A DNA stretch of 36,485 nucleotides from Deltaproteobacteria bacterium (GCA_041821485.1 JBGUEF010000003.1:1-36485), one strand, 5' to 3'. Positions 1-9,426 are shown, numbered from the stretch's first letter. Notes: generated by a model not told the origin, from the letters alone. Made by a program: numbers and translations.

Positions 1-75
1 CTCGCAGGGCTGCGTAGCAGCAGCGCGTAGCGCCAGCGAGGAGGTAAGCCGACCACAGGCGAAAAGATCCGCACA

Positions 76-1116
76 CTAGGCGAGCCAGTCGCGGAGCTCG
101 CCGGTCACTACACGTGGCGCCTGTTGAAGCTCTTCGACCGTCTTGGCGCCACAGAGCAGCATGACGGAACGGAGCTCGCGCTCCACGCGCAATAAAAACG
201 AGCGCGCTCCGTCGACACCACCTTCGAGTAACGCTTGATAGACGTTCCGCGCGATGCCGGCGCAGCTCGCGCCGAGGGCAATCGCGCGGGCCACGTCCAT
301 GCCACTGCGGATGCCGCCCGTCGCAATCGTCGTCATCCCGGCGCTGACGCAATACTGAACCGACGCGGCGGTAGGAATACCCCAATCCCATAGGGCCTCA
401 CCGAGCGCCTGCCCGTCACCCTCCGCGCGCAATGTTTCGACACCGACCCACGAAGTGCCGCCTGCACCAGAGGTGTCGGCGTGCCGGATGCCAATCGCGC
501 GGAGCCTGGCAGCGACCTCTCGACTGATCCCGCTCCCCGTCTCTTTGGCAATGACGGGTACGTCGAGCTCGGACCAGAGTCGTTGGAAGGTTTGGAAGCC
601 ACCGCCGAAGTCCCGATCGCCTTCGGGCTGAACCAGCTCCATGGCCGGGTTCATGTGCACGCAGAGAGCGTCAGCCCCGACATCGGCCAGCATTTGAGCG
701 ATTGCCTCGGTGGAGAGATCACGCGCCTGCACGACACCAACGTTGCCGAAGAGAAGGGCATCCGGCGCGTGCGCGCGCACCTGGTACGTCCAACTCGTCT
801 CAGGGCGCTTCTGCATCGCGCGTTGACTTCCCAACCCGAATGCGTAACCGAGCTCGTTTGCGATCGAGGCTAGCGCTTGGTTGATTTCGGCGGCGCGTTC
901 ATGCCCGCCGGTCATCGCGGCGATCAGCAACGGGGCGCGGAGCTCTTTGCCAAGCAGGCGGACGCGAGTGTCGATCGAATCGAAGTCGGCCTCGGGGAGC
1001 GCCTGATGTACGAGGCGCACGCATTCGAGGAGGGTAGTGCGGTGCCGAAACGCGACCTCGTCGGTCGCGCACAGATCCAGATGATCGGCCTTTCTCTGCT
1101 CAATATCTGCGGTCAT
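76..1116 (-). CDS. fni: Type 2 (FMN-dependent) isopentenyl-diphosphate delta-isomerase
   Basis: Start trimmed to MTADIEQRKADHL (ATG at 1116). IDI-2 motifs RKxxH, AMTGG, GLGSQR, HMNPAMELVQPEGDRDF, KETGSG, GAGGTSW, ATGGIRSG. Lies next to mevalonate genes. Confidence 0.95.
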   Translation of the reverse strand: MTADIEQRKADHLDLCATDEVAFRHRTTLLECVRLVHQALPEADFDSIDTRVRLLGKELRAPLLIAAMTGGHERAAEINQALASIANELGYAFGLGSQRAMQKRPETSWTYQVRAHAPDALLFGNVGVVQARDLSTEAIAQMLADVGADALCVHMNPAMELVQPEGDRDFGGGFQTFQRLWSELDVPVIAKETGSGISREVAARLRAIGIRHADTSGAGGTSWVGVETLRAEGDGQALGEALWDWGIPTAASVQYCVSAGMTTIATGGIRSGMDVARAIALGASCAGIARNVYQALLEGGVDGARSFLLRVERELRSVMLLCGAKTVEELQQAPRVVTGELRDWLA

Positions 1117-1177
1117 CGCATTGCTTGCTCGGCAGCGTCCCGCCGTGTACGTAGCTCGGAATAAGGACACTGACACC

Positions 1178-2215
1178 GTGGCGCAAGGGCAAATGGATAT
1201 CGAGTCTTGGATGGGGAGTATCCGCCAGCGCGTTGACGCCATCCTGGAACGGTTTTTCGAGTCGAAGTGCGTGGAAGCGACGCGGCACTCGCCGCAAGCG
1301 ATAGAGCTGGTCACCGAGGTCCGCGACCTCACGATGCGTGGGGGTAAGCGGCTTCGGCCCATCGTCACCGCGGCAGCGTATCGGGCGGCCAGCGGCGTCA
1401 ACGACCTCAGCACGACGTTCGAGGTTGGCGCGGCTTTGGAGCTTCTGCAGACGTACTTGTTGATTCACGACGACTGGATGGACGAGGACAAGGAGCGCCG
1501 CGGTGGGCCTGCCGTGCACTACGCCTTCCAGAAGAAGCACCGTCACGACCATCTGGGCGCCAGCCTAGGGATCCTCGCCGGAGATCTGGCTTCGACCTTC
1601 GCTTGGGAGCTTCTACTCGACGGCCGCTTTCCGGAGAGCCGCCGAGACGAGGGCTTGGCACTCTTCGTCGGAATCCAAAAGGAAGTGTTTGCCGGGCAGC
1701 AGCTCGACCTCATGACGGACGCGGACGTCGAGCGCATGCATGACTTGAAGACCGGGAGCTACACGACGCGTGGACCGGCCGAGCTCGGCGGAGTCCTCGC
1801 CGACGCGGACGAAGCGGGCATGGAGTCCCTCCGAAGTTGGGCCGCGCCACTCGGGGTCGCTTTTCAGCTGCGAGACGACCTTCTTGGAACCTTCGGGAAC
1901 GCGCAACAAACCGGAAAGCCGGGCGACGACCTTCGGCACGGAAAGCACAACGCTGTCGTCGCGGCCTTTCGCAGGCTCGGCCCGAGCGAAGCGGAGCGAA
2001 TGGTGTTGGCAAGCGTCTGGGGGCGCACTGAGGCCACTGATGACGAGGTTCGCGCCGCTACTGAAGCCCTTTCTGCTGCCAAGGACGAGGTCGAGTCGCG
2101 GCTCAGCTTCTTGGCCGACGAGGCACGGAGCGCACTCGCGGCAAGCCCGTTCGACGACGACGCCAAACAGTTGCTCCAAGAAGTGACGCGGCGGCTCACG
2201 GACCGAGGGACCTGA
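1178..2215 (+). CDS. Short-chain trans-polyprenyl diphosphate synthase (GGPP synthase/IdsA-like)
   Basis: GGKRLRP, first Asp-rich motif HDDWMD...RRG, GQQLDL, KTGSY, second motif FQLRDDLLG. GTG at 1178 follows AAGGA; alternative ATG at 1193. Confidence 0.92.
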   Translation: MAQGQMDIESWMGSIRQRVDAILERFFESKCVEATRHSPQAIELVTEVRDLTMRGGKRLRPIVTAAAYRAASGVNDLSTTFEVGAALELLQTYLLIHDDWMDEDKERRGGPAVHYAFQKKHRHDHLGASLGILAGDLASTFAWELLLDGRFPESRRDEGLALFVGIQKEVFAGQQLDLMTDADVERMHDLKTGSYTTRGPAELGGVLADADEAGMESLRSWAAPLGVAFQLRDDLLGTFGNAQQTGKPGDDLRHGKHNAVVAAFRRLGPSEAERMVLASVWGRTEATDDEVRAATEALSAAKDEVESRLSFLADEARSALAASPFDDDAKQLLQEVTRRLTDRGT

Positions 2216-3111
2216 TGGGCTTCGGGCGAGGCAAGGTCATCTTGCTCGGTGAACATGCCGTCGTTCATGGTTGCCCGGCAATCGCGGTCGGGATCGAACG
2301 GGGCGTCACTGCCGAAGCAGTGACAGCCGAGCGTGACCTCCTGCGCCTCTCGCCCTGGGACTTGGCGCTCGGGCCCGATTCGAACGGGGACGAGCCCCTC
2401 GAACGCGCGTTCGCGGCTGCGCTCGCAATGTATCCCTCACGTCCTGCGCTAGAGGTCAGCGCCAAGGTGGACCTCCCGGCTGGCGCGGGCCTCGGCTGCT
2501 CCGCAGCAATCGGCGTAGCCGTGCTGGACGCCATCGACGAGGCCCTCGGCGTCGACCGGTCGCGGACGGCGCTCGCGACGGCCGCGCTCGCTTGGGAGAA
2601 GATCTTTCACGGCAATCCGTCTGGAATCGACAACACGATGTCGGCCATCGGAGGCGTTGCGCTCTATCGCAAGGGCGATGAACTACGACCGCTGCACTCG
2701 AACAAGCCATTGCACTTGGTCATCGGTTACAGTGGCGAGCCCTCGAGCACAAAAGAGATGGTTGCGTCGGTTGGCAGGCAGCTGGAGAACGACCGCGAAC
2801 GAGTCACCAAGGCCTTCGAGGGCATCGAGGTCCTGGTGCGCAATGCCAAGCTCGCCATCGAAGCCGGCGACCACGTCGCGCTCGGGCAGTTGCTCGACCT
2901 GAATCACACGCTCCTCAGCTCACTGATGCTGTGCACTACCAAGCTGGATGATATGTGCCAGGCCGCGCGACGAGCCGGAGCGTTGGGCGCCAAGATGACC
3001 GGCGCCGGCGGTGGAGGCTGCATGTTCGCGCTGGCGCCCAAGCGTGATGAAGCGCTGCGACTGCGGGATGTGCTCGGGGAAGGCTCGTTCGTCGCCGAGG
3101 TGACGGCATGA
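2215..3111 (+). CDS. mvk: Mevalonate kinase
   Basis: GKVILLGEHAVVHG, GHMP loop PAGAGLGCSAA, HGNPSGID, KMTGAGGGG. TGATG overlap with the upstream gene. Confidence 0.95.
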   Translation: MGFGRGKVILLGEHAVVHGCPAIAVGIERGVTAEAVTAERDLLRLSPWDLALGPDSNGDEPLERAFAAALAMYPSRPALEVSAKVDLPAGAGLGCSAAIGVAVLDAIDEALGVDRSRTALATAALAWEKIFHGNPSGIDNTMSAIGGVALYRKGDELRPLHSNKPLHLVIGYSGEPSSTKEMVASVGRQLENDRERVTKAFEGIEVLVRNAKLAIEAGDHVALGQLLDLNHTLLSSLMLCTTKLDDMCQAARRAGALGAKMTGAGGGGCMFALAPKRDEALRLRDVLGEGSFVAEVTA

Positions 3112-4097
3112 CCGATCCGCCGACCGAAGCGAGCGCGCGAGCGTGTGCCAATATCGCGCTCGCCAAGTACTGGGGCAAGGCGGATGTGAAGCGGAACGTC
3201 CCTGCCGTCCCGAGTATTTCGCTGACCCTCGACCAGCTCGTGACCGAAACACGAGTCCGGTTTGATCCATTGCTCGAGTCCGACGTGGTGAGGCTCGACG
3301 GCCGGCGGGCGACCGCGGCAGAAGCCGAGCGGGTCATCGCGATGCTCGATCGGGTCCGGCGGGAGGCAGGATTGCGGCTGAAGGCCCAGGTCAACAGCCA
3401 CAACCACTTTCCGACTGCGGCGGGGCTCGCGTCGAGCGCCTCCGGGTTCGCCGCGCTCGCTGCATCGGCTTCGGCCGCCGCAGGGCTTCGTTTCAACGCA
3501 CGCCGGCTCAGCGCGCTTGCTCGCGCATCGAGCGCTTCGGCCGCCCGCTCGATTTATGGGGGGTTCGTGGAGCTCCCTGCCGGCAGCCGCGGCGATGCGG
3601 ACCTGGCCGCCAGACCGATCGCCCCACCCGAACATTGGAATCTGCGCCTTGTCGTCGCACTGACCGAACCTGGCAAGAAGAAAGTCGGCTCGACAGAAGG
3701 GATGGAGCGCTCGCGCAAGACGTCACCCTACTATGACGCCTGGCTGAACCAGGCGCCCAAATGGTCGCGGAAGATCAAGCGCGCGGTGAAGGAGCGGGAC
3801 CTCGACACGTTGGGCAGTGCCATGGAGCAGAGCACGCTGGCATTTCACTGCTGCGCGATCACGTCCGATCCGCCAATCCTCTATTGGGCGCCCGCGACGC
3901 TGGCCGCTCTCGCCACGGTGCGCGGGCTGCGTGAGCGAGGGGTCTCGGCCTGGGCGACGATGGATGCTGGACCACACGTCAAGACGCTGTGCGAGGTAGG
4001 GGACGCAAGCCGCGTTCGGCAAGCGTTCGATCGAACGCCGGGGGTCACCCGAACTTGGGTGGCCAAGCCCGGACCCGATGTCGAGGTGCATCGGTGA
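3108..4097 (+). CDS. mvaD: Diphosphomevalonate decarboxylase
   Basis: NIALAKYWGK, FPTAAGLASSASG, SASAARSIYGGF, TMDAGPHVK. ATGA overlap with mvk. Confidence 0.96.
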   Translation: MTDPPTEASARACANIALAKYWGKADVKRNVPAVPSISLTLDQLVTETRVRFDPLLESDVVRLDGRRATAAEAERVIAMLDRVRREAGLRLKAQVNSHNHFPTAAGLASSASGFAALAASASAAAGLRFNARRLSALARASSASAARSIYGGFVELPAGSRGDADLAARPIAPPEHWNLRLVVALTEPGKKKVGSTEGMERSRKTSPYYDAWLNQAPKWSRKIKRAVKERDLDTLGSAMEQSTLAFHCCAITSDPPILYWAPATLAALATVRGLRERGVSAWATMDAGPHVKTLCEVGDASRVRQAFDRTPGVTRTWVAKPGPDVEVHR

Positions 4098-5026
4098 AAC
4101 CGATCGGCGCGAGCGCGCCGGGGAAGGCGCTCCTGTGCGGCGAGTACGCGGTGCTCGAAGGCGCTCCAGCGGTCGTCGCAGCCGTCGACCGAAGGGTCTC
4201 GGTCACCTGGTCCGAGGACCCTCGACCGATGCCTCCCGAAGTTGAAGCCACGCTTCGGCTGACAGACGCGGAGCTCGGGCCAGGGCCTCGTTGGCTGAAC
4301 CTGGACGTGAGCGACCTTCAGCATGATCGGGTCAAGCTCGGACTGGGGTCGTCAGCGGCGGCGGCCGTAGCCGCGGCGGGCGCAAGCCTCGCATCGCGCG
4401 GCTACGACCTCGGTGATCCGGAGGTCTTGCAACGCGTCTTCTCGCTTGCCTTCGAAGGCCACGCATCGATCGCACCGCAGGGTAGCGGCGTGGACGTAGC
4501 GGCCTCGACTTTTGGGGGTTTTCTGCGCTTCGCGCGGCTGGGAGACGAGGTCGAGACGCGCGCTCTCGAGCGACCGAGCGGCCTCGTGATTCGCCTCGTT
4601 TGGACCGGCCAAGCCGCGCGAACCAGTGAGCTGGTCAGGAAGGTGCGTGAGCTTCGGCGACACGATCCCGGCACGTACCGCGCATGCATGGTGCGGCTTT
4701 CCGAGCTCTCGGGCCGATTCGCGACCGCCTTCGAGGCCGGCAACACGGCCGAGGTCGTCGCAGCGGCCGCCTCCTACGGCACCGCAATGGACAGTCTCGG
4801 GACCGCGGCGGGCGCCCCGATCGTCGACACTCAGCTCGGACGCGCCGCCGAGCTTGCGACCCGGTTTTCTGGGAGCGCAAAGCCATGCGGGGCCGGCGGC
4901 GGCGACGTTGCAATCGCGTTCTTCCTCGACTCGGATGCTGCAGAAGGCTTCGAAGTAGCTTGCAAAGACGAAGGGCTTCATCCTATCGATGTCTCGTGGG
5001 GTGCAGCAGGCGTGGAGGCCTGTTGA
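4094..5026 (+). CDS. Phosphomevalonate kinase (GHMP family)
   Basis: GTG start overlapping the mvaD stop (GTGA). APGKALLCGEYAVL, KLGLGSSAA, GSGVDVAASTFGG, KPCGAGGGD. Confidence 0.9.
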   Translation: MKPIGASAPGKALLCGEYAVLEGAPAVVAAVDRRVSVTWSEDPRPMPPEVEATLRLTDAELGPGPRWLNLDVSDLQHDRVKLGLGSSAAAAVAAAGASLASRGYDLGDPEVLQRVFSLAFEGHASIAPQGSGVDVAASTFGGFLRFARLGDEVETRALERPSGLVIRLVWTGQAARTSELVRKVRELRRHDPGTYRACMVRLSELSGRFATAFEAGNTAEVVAAAASYGTAMDSLGTAAGAPIVDTQLGRAAELATRFSGSAKPCGAGGGDVAIAFFLDSDAAEGFEVACKDEGLHPIDVSWGAAGVEAC

Positions 5027-5042
5027 CCGGAGGACGCGCCAA

Positions 5043-5396
5043 ATGCTGATCAATGTCTACATCCTGTCGCTGGTGCTCGGAGCTGTGCTCCTCGGCGCTT
5101 CGCTCTTCTCGCGGGAAAAGCGTGTCGACGCCGACGACCAAACCAGGGCTCACGACGACACGACGCGGCCGAGCCAGCTCGGTCAACTAGACGGGGTCTC
5201 GGGGGGTGATTTCTTCGTACGAACCGTACGGTCGCGTCGGTTCTGGACGTTCTTCATCTCGTTTTTCGGAATGACCGGACTCGTCCTCGACGGGCTCGAT
5301 CTCATGAGCGCGACGGTGTCGTTCTTCGTTGCCGCCGCGGTCGGGGCCGTGGCCGGCGCAGGGGCCTCCGCTGCGGTGCGCATCGGCTCTAGCTGA
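5043..5396 (+). CDS. Small membrane protein (about 3 TM), resembling the membrane part of NfeD/YqiJ-like proteins
   Basis: GGAGGA RBS before ATG 5043. Hydrophobic segments VYILSLVLGAVLLGASLF, FWTFFISFFGMTGLVL, VSFFVAAAVGAVAGAG with an acidic loop after TM1. Family call is tentative. Confidence 0.65.
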   Translation: MLINVYILSLVLGAVLLGASLFSREKRVDADDQTRAHDDTTRPSQLGQLDGVSGGDFFVRTVRSRRFWTFFISFFGMTGLVLDGLDLMSATVSFFVAAAVGAVAGAGASAAVRIGSS

Positions 5397-5418
5397 GCGT
5401 GCAGGCTCCGCCCCAAGG

Positions 5419-6372
5419 CTATCCTGGGTAGGCTCGGACTTTTTCTTCGAGACGGTCGATGACCGTGGCGGCGAGATTCTCTCCACAGAGCCGGGACATC
5501 TGCTGGAGGAGCGTCGGGCTGGTGACGTTAACTTCGATGAGCTTGCCCCCGATGACGTCGAGGCCGACGAAAAAGAGCTGATCGGCGATCAAGCGGGGAC
5601 CGATCGTTTCGATGATCTTCCGGTCCGCGTCGGCAAGCTCCGCCGGTGCCGCCGAGCCGCCGACGTGCACGTTGCTCCGAAGGTCGCCCTTGCTGGGAAC
5701 GCGTCCGACGACCCCGAGAAGCTCACCATCGACGAGAAGGATCCGCTTGTCGCCCTCGTCATAGACCTCCGGGATGAGCGCCTGGACGATCGCGTTGCGC
5801 GCACCCAGGTGGGTGACCGACTCGATCAGAGCGTTGAGGTTGCTGTCCCCTTGCGTGAGCAGAAACACGCTCTCCCCCCCATGACCATCGATCGGCTTGA
5901 GCACGGCCTTGCCGCCGACGTCGCTCAGGAACCGCACGATCTCATCCTTGTGACTCGTCATGATGGTCGGCGGCACGATCTCCGGAAAGTGATGCGCGTA
6001 GAGCTTCTCATTCGCTTCCCGTAGACCACGCGGGCTATTCACCACGAGCGTGCTGCCCTCGAGATGATCGAGGACAAGCGTCAGCCACAGGTAGGCGTCG
6101 GTAAACGGCGGGTCCTGGCGGATGAACACCGCATCCACGTCCACCAAATCGATGTCTTCGGGCTCCGCCAAGCTGATCGGTTCTTTGGGGTCGAGCTGCA
6201 TCGAAGTCTGCCGAATCCGGGCGACGACCCTGCGGCCGCGAAGCCCCACGTCGCTTGGCAAGCAGTGATCCACCCGATGGCCGCGCGCCTGCGCCTCCAG
6301 CATCAACGCAAAGCTGGTGTCCTCGTCGACGATGACCGTCGACACGGGGTCCATGACGAACACGAAACGCAT
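5419..6372 (-). CDS. gshB: Glutathione synthetase
   Basis: Start MRFVFVMDP (317 aa). DTSFALMLEAQARG, RQDPPF, NEKL, KPIDGHGG, GDKRILLVDG, RSNVHVGG, FVGLDVIG, EVNVTSPT: prokaryotic ATP-grasp GshB. Confidence 0.95.
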   Translation of the reverse strand: MRFVFVMDPVSTVIVDEDTSFALMLEAQARGHRVDHCLPSDVGLRGRRVVARIRQTSMQLDPKEPISLAEPEDIDLVDVDAVFIRQDPPFTDAYLWLTLVLDHLEGSTLVVNSPRGLREANEKLYAHHFPEIVPPTIMTSHKDEIVRFLSDVGGKAVLKPIDGHGGESVFLLTQGDSNLNALIESVTHLGARNAIVQALIPEVYDEGDKRILLVDGELLGVVGRVPSKGDLRSNVHVGGSAAPAELADADRKIIETIGPRLIADQLFFVGLDVIGGKLIEVNVTSPTLLQQMSRLCGENLAATVIDRLEEKVRAYPG

Positions 6373-6420
6373 GAACCTCAGCGGTAGCATCCGAGCCGGT
6401 TTGGAGGCAAGGTGCGAGCG

Positions 6421-8139
6421 ATGAAGCGCTTGCGTTCGATCATGCCTTGGTGCCTTTTCGCCTTGCTGATGACGAGCCTCGCTGCTGGCGCCCCGCCCGC
6501 CCAGCCGGAGCACGCCGCCGTATTCGCGCGAGACGCGGTCGCCGCCGACCATGCAGAAGCCTCGAAGGCGGGGGCGGCGGTTCTGGCCGCAGGGGGCAAC
6601 GCGGCCGACGCGGCTGCAGCCACGATGCTGGCCCTCGGAGTGGTCAATCCGGCAAGCAGCGGCCTCGGGGGCGGCGGGTTCGCCCTATATTACTGCGCCA
6701 AGGACGGCTCGCTGACCTTCCTCGACTTCCGCGAGCGTGCCCCACGGGCTGCGACTCGAACGATGTTCGAGGCTGAAGGAGAGCGGCCAGAGGGTCCAGC
6801 GAGCTCTCCTTCTCAGCTAGGCGGCCTCGCGGCGGGGGTCCCCGGAGAGCCCGCCGGAATCGAGGCCCTGGTTACGCGTTTCGGGAGGCTCTCCTTGCGT
6901 GAGGTCATCGCGCCAGCCCTTCGACTGGCCGAAGAGGGCTTCGCGGTGAGCGGCGCGCTCGCCGCGATGGGAAGCGCTTTCGAGGTTCAGCTTCGGAAAG
7001 ACCCAGTCATGTCGAAGTGGGACCTCCAGCCGGGCGCGACCTTGCGTCGTCCGAGCTTGGCACGGGTGCTGCGTGCGTTCGCGGAGAAGGGTGCCGCGGT
7101 CATCTACGGCGGTCTCATCGGGCAAGAAATCGTGGCTGCAGTTCAGGAGCATGGCGGCGTCATGACCTTGCAGGACTTATACGCCTACCGCGTGCGGACG
7201 CGTGTGCCGCTCGAGACGACCGCGTTCGGATACCGTTGGGTGACAGCGCCCCCGCCGAGTGCCGGCGGTTTCACGATGATACAGAGTCTGTCGATCCTGG
7301 AGCAGGCGGCCGGGCCGACCCCAAGCTTTGGCGCCCCCCTCCTCCACGCGATGGCCGAATCCTGGAAGGGCCCCTTCCGTGATCGCCAGCGCTACTTCGG
7401 TGACCCAGACCAGGTGATCCTGCCGCTCGACCAGATGATGGCGCCAGACCGGATCACGAGGCGCGCTGAGCTCGCAGGAGATGGTACGGCCCATCCGAGC
7501 GCCGACTATGACTTGCCGATCGAGTGGACCCGGACCCAGGTCGAGGCGCCTGACAACGCCGGGACCTCGCACCTTTGCGTCGTCGACGCGGAGGGCAACG
7601 TCGCCTCGGTCACGACCACCGTGAACCTGCCATTTGGAGCGCGGTTCACGGCTGGAGGAATCGTCATGAACGATGAAATGGACGACTTCGCAAGCGGGAT
7701 AGGCCGGGCCAACGCGTTCGGGTTGGTCGGGGGCGCGCGCAATTTGCCGGGACCCTGGAAGCGTCCAGTGTCGACGATGTCTCCCACGATTGTGCTCGAG
7801 AACGGCAAGCCCGCCCTGTGCGTGGGCGCGTCGGGGGGAAGCCGAATCGTGACTGCCACGCAGCAGGTCGCGATGAACGTGCTGGTGCATGGCATCAACG
7901 CCGGCGACGCTGTGGCGGCTCCGCGCATTCATCACCAAGGCGTGCCGGAAGCGCTCCGCGTGGAGACGGTCGCCCCCCTGGATGCCGGCCTTCAGGACGC
8001 GCTTCGCGCCCGCGGTCACCTCATCGAGTCGATTCACAACGTCGCCAACGTGCAGGCGATCCAGATCGAACGGTTCCCGGAACGCCGCCTTCATGCAGTG
8101 AGCGACCCTCGTAAGGGCGGACGACCCGCAGGCCACTAG
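6421..8139 (+). CDS. ggt: Gamma-glutamyltranspeptidase (exported)
   Basis: Signal peptide. GGNAADAA, SGLGGGGF, DFRERAP, autoprocessing Thr in GTSHLCVVD, NDEMDDF, GASGGSRI. Start uncertain (6412, 6421 or 6442). Confidence 0.95.
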   Translation: MKRLRSIMPWCLFALLMTSLAAGAPPAQPEHAAVFARDAVAADHAEASKAGAAVLAAGGNAADAAAATMLALGVVNPASSGLGGGGFALYYCAKDGSLTFLDFRERAPRAATRTMFEAEGERPEGPASSPSQLGGLAAGVPGEPAGIEALVTRFGRLSLREVIAPALRLAEEGFAVSGALAAMGSAFEVQLRKDPVMSKWDLQPGATLRRPSLARVLRAFAEKGAAVIYGGLIGQEIVAAVQEHGGVMTLQDLYAYRVRTRVPLETTAFGYRWVTAPPPSAGGFTMIQSLSILEQAAGPTPSFGAPLLHAMAESWKGPFRDRQRYFGDPDQVILPLDQMMAPDRITRRAELAGDGTAHPSADYDLPIEWTRTQVEAPDNAGTSHLCVVDAEGNVASVTTTVNLPFGARFTAGGIVMNDEMDDFASGIGRANAFGLVGGARNLPGPWKRPVSTMSPTIVLENGKPALCVGASGGSRIVTATQQVAMNVLVHGINAGDAVAAPRIHHQGVPEALRVETVAPLDAGLQDALRARGHLIESIHNVANVQAIQIERFPERRLHAVSDPRKGGRPAGH

Positions 8140-8630
8140 CGAAGGTTGGCTAGATACTCGTTCACCAGCGCCGCGTTCTTCGCATACTGCTCGCGCGTCG
8201 TAGAGACGAAGTACGTCTCGATGAGACGTCCGAGGCCCAACACCTCGGCGGCGATTTCAAGAGTCACGCGCCGCTCACATTGATGAGCCGAAACCGCCTC
8301 GACCGTCACCGTGCCCTTGGCTCTGATGCGGTCGGTCACAGCCGATGTGATGACATGAAAATCGTAGCGCTCGGCTTCGGCGTCGAAGGTTCCCTCTTCG
8401 ATGTAGCTGAACCGTTCGCCGAAAACCCTCGCGAGGGCTCTCGGCATCTGTCGCGTGGGCCAAATCTTGGCGCGCCGGTAGCCGGTTTCTCTGTTCCACT
8501 CCTGCAGCTCGTATTCAAAGCCGAGGCCTTCGTACAGGTAGTGGTTGAAATCCTCGCTGGCGAAAATTCGCTCCCAGAATGCCTCTTCTGGGCAGTCCAA
8601 CAGCTGGCGAATTGCAAGACTCTTCGGCAT
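8136..8630 (-). CDS. DUF2505-like / SRPBCC (START-like) fold protein
   Basis: 164 aa with a helix-grip-like pattern: N-terminal strand, FWERIF helix, beta strands, C-terminal helix GLGRLIETYFV. Begins 2 bp after the PP2C stop. Confidence 0.65.
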   Translation of the reverse strand: MPKSLAIRQLLDCPEEAFWERIFASEDFNHYLYEGLGFEYELQEWNRETGYRRAKIWPTRQMPRALARVFGERFSYIEEGTFDAEAERYDFHVITSAVTDRIRAKGTVTVEAVSAHQCERRVTLEIAAEVLGLGRLIETYFVSTTREQYAKNAALVNEYLANLR

Positions 8631-8632
8631 AA

Positions 8633-9406
8633 CTACTCGGTGATTCGAACGACGACGACGGTGGTGTTGTCCTCACCGCCGTTTTGGTTGGCTTGAGCGA
8701 CTAGGCCCTTTGCGGCGGTCTCCACGTCCGCGCCAGCGTTGTGGACGATGTCGAGAATGCGGTCGTCGCTTACCATCCCGTTGAGGCCGTCCGAGCAGAG
8801 CACGTAGACGTCGCCTGGTTCGACATCCTCGAAGAGGAGGTCGACGGGGACGCTGTCCTGCATCCCGAGCGCACGCGTGATCACATTGGTCGGAAGGCGC
8901 TCCCTTTGAGCATCGGTCAAGTTTGGCATGACCAGCAAGTAGTCATTCAAGAGGGAGTGGTCGCGGGTGAGCTGCGCGATGTCGCCCGCGCGAACGCGGT
9001 AAGCACGACTGTCGCCAACGTGCGCAACGTGGATCTTGCGTTCATCCCGGTTGAACAAAGCGCCAACGACCGTCGTGCCCATTCCTTGAACCGAGCGGTT
9101 GCCAACGGATGCTTGGAAGATCCGCTGGTTCGCGAGCTTCACCGCGGACACCAAACGGTTCTGTTCCGGGGTCAAGCGCGAGTCTTCTTCGGCCGGCCAT
9201 TCGGCGCCGTCCCCGTCCACGCTGGTAGCGTCGAAGAAAGCGGTGATCTCCTTCGTCGCCATGTGGCTAGCGACGTCACCTGCCCGGTGGCCGCCCATGC
9301 CATCTGCGACGACGAACAGACGATGCTCGGAAAGAATGCAGTAGCTATCTTCGTTGTGCTCTCGCTGAAGTCCGACGTCGGAGAGCCCTGCAGCAATGAA
9401 GTTCAT
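8633..9406 (-). CDS. PP2C/PPM family Ser/Thr protein phosphatase (Stp1/PrpC-like)
   Basis: SDVGLQREHNED, VADGMGGH, GMGTT, HVGDSRAY, TRDHS, LCSDGL, GGEDNTT. Confidence 0.95.
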   Translation of the reverse strand: MNFIAAGLSDVGLQREHNEDSYCILSEHRLFVVADGMGGHRAGDVASHMATKEITAFFDATSVDGDGAEWPAEEDSRLTPEQNRLVSAVKLANQRIFQASVGNRSVQGMGTTVVGALFNRDERKIHVAHVGDSRAYRVRAGDIAQLTRDHSLLNDYLLVMPNLTDAQRERLPTNVITRALGMQDSVPVDLLFEDVEPGDVYVLCSDGLNGMVSDDRILDIVHNAGADVETAAKGLVAQANQNGGEDNTTVVVVRITE

Positions 9407-9426
9407 TCGTGTTCACGCGCCCCAAA

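Noticed and set aside
1-75. Possible REP-like palindrome (CTCGC...GCGAG) or start of a minus-strand gene
   Set aside because: Truncated by the window edge, single copy, short stem; cannot be supported.
1117-1413. N-terminal extensions in the ORF track (fni; likewise gshB, imuB, sdhB, Sdh anchor, AlaDH)
   Set aside because: They overlap neighbouring genes. Downstream starts fit family N-termini and RBS or overlap signals.
8633-9406. PP2C phosphatase as partner of the Fam20-like kinase
   Set aside because: It is cytoplasmic (no signal peptide) and 20 kb away, while the kinase appears exported.
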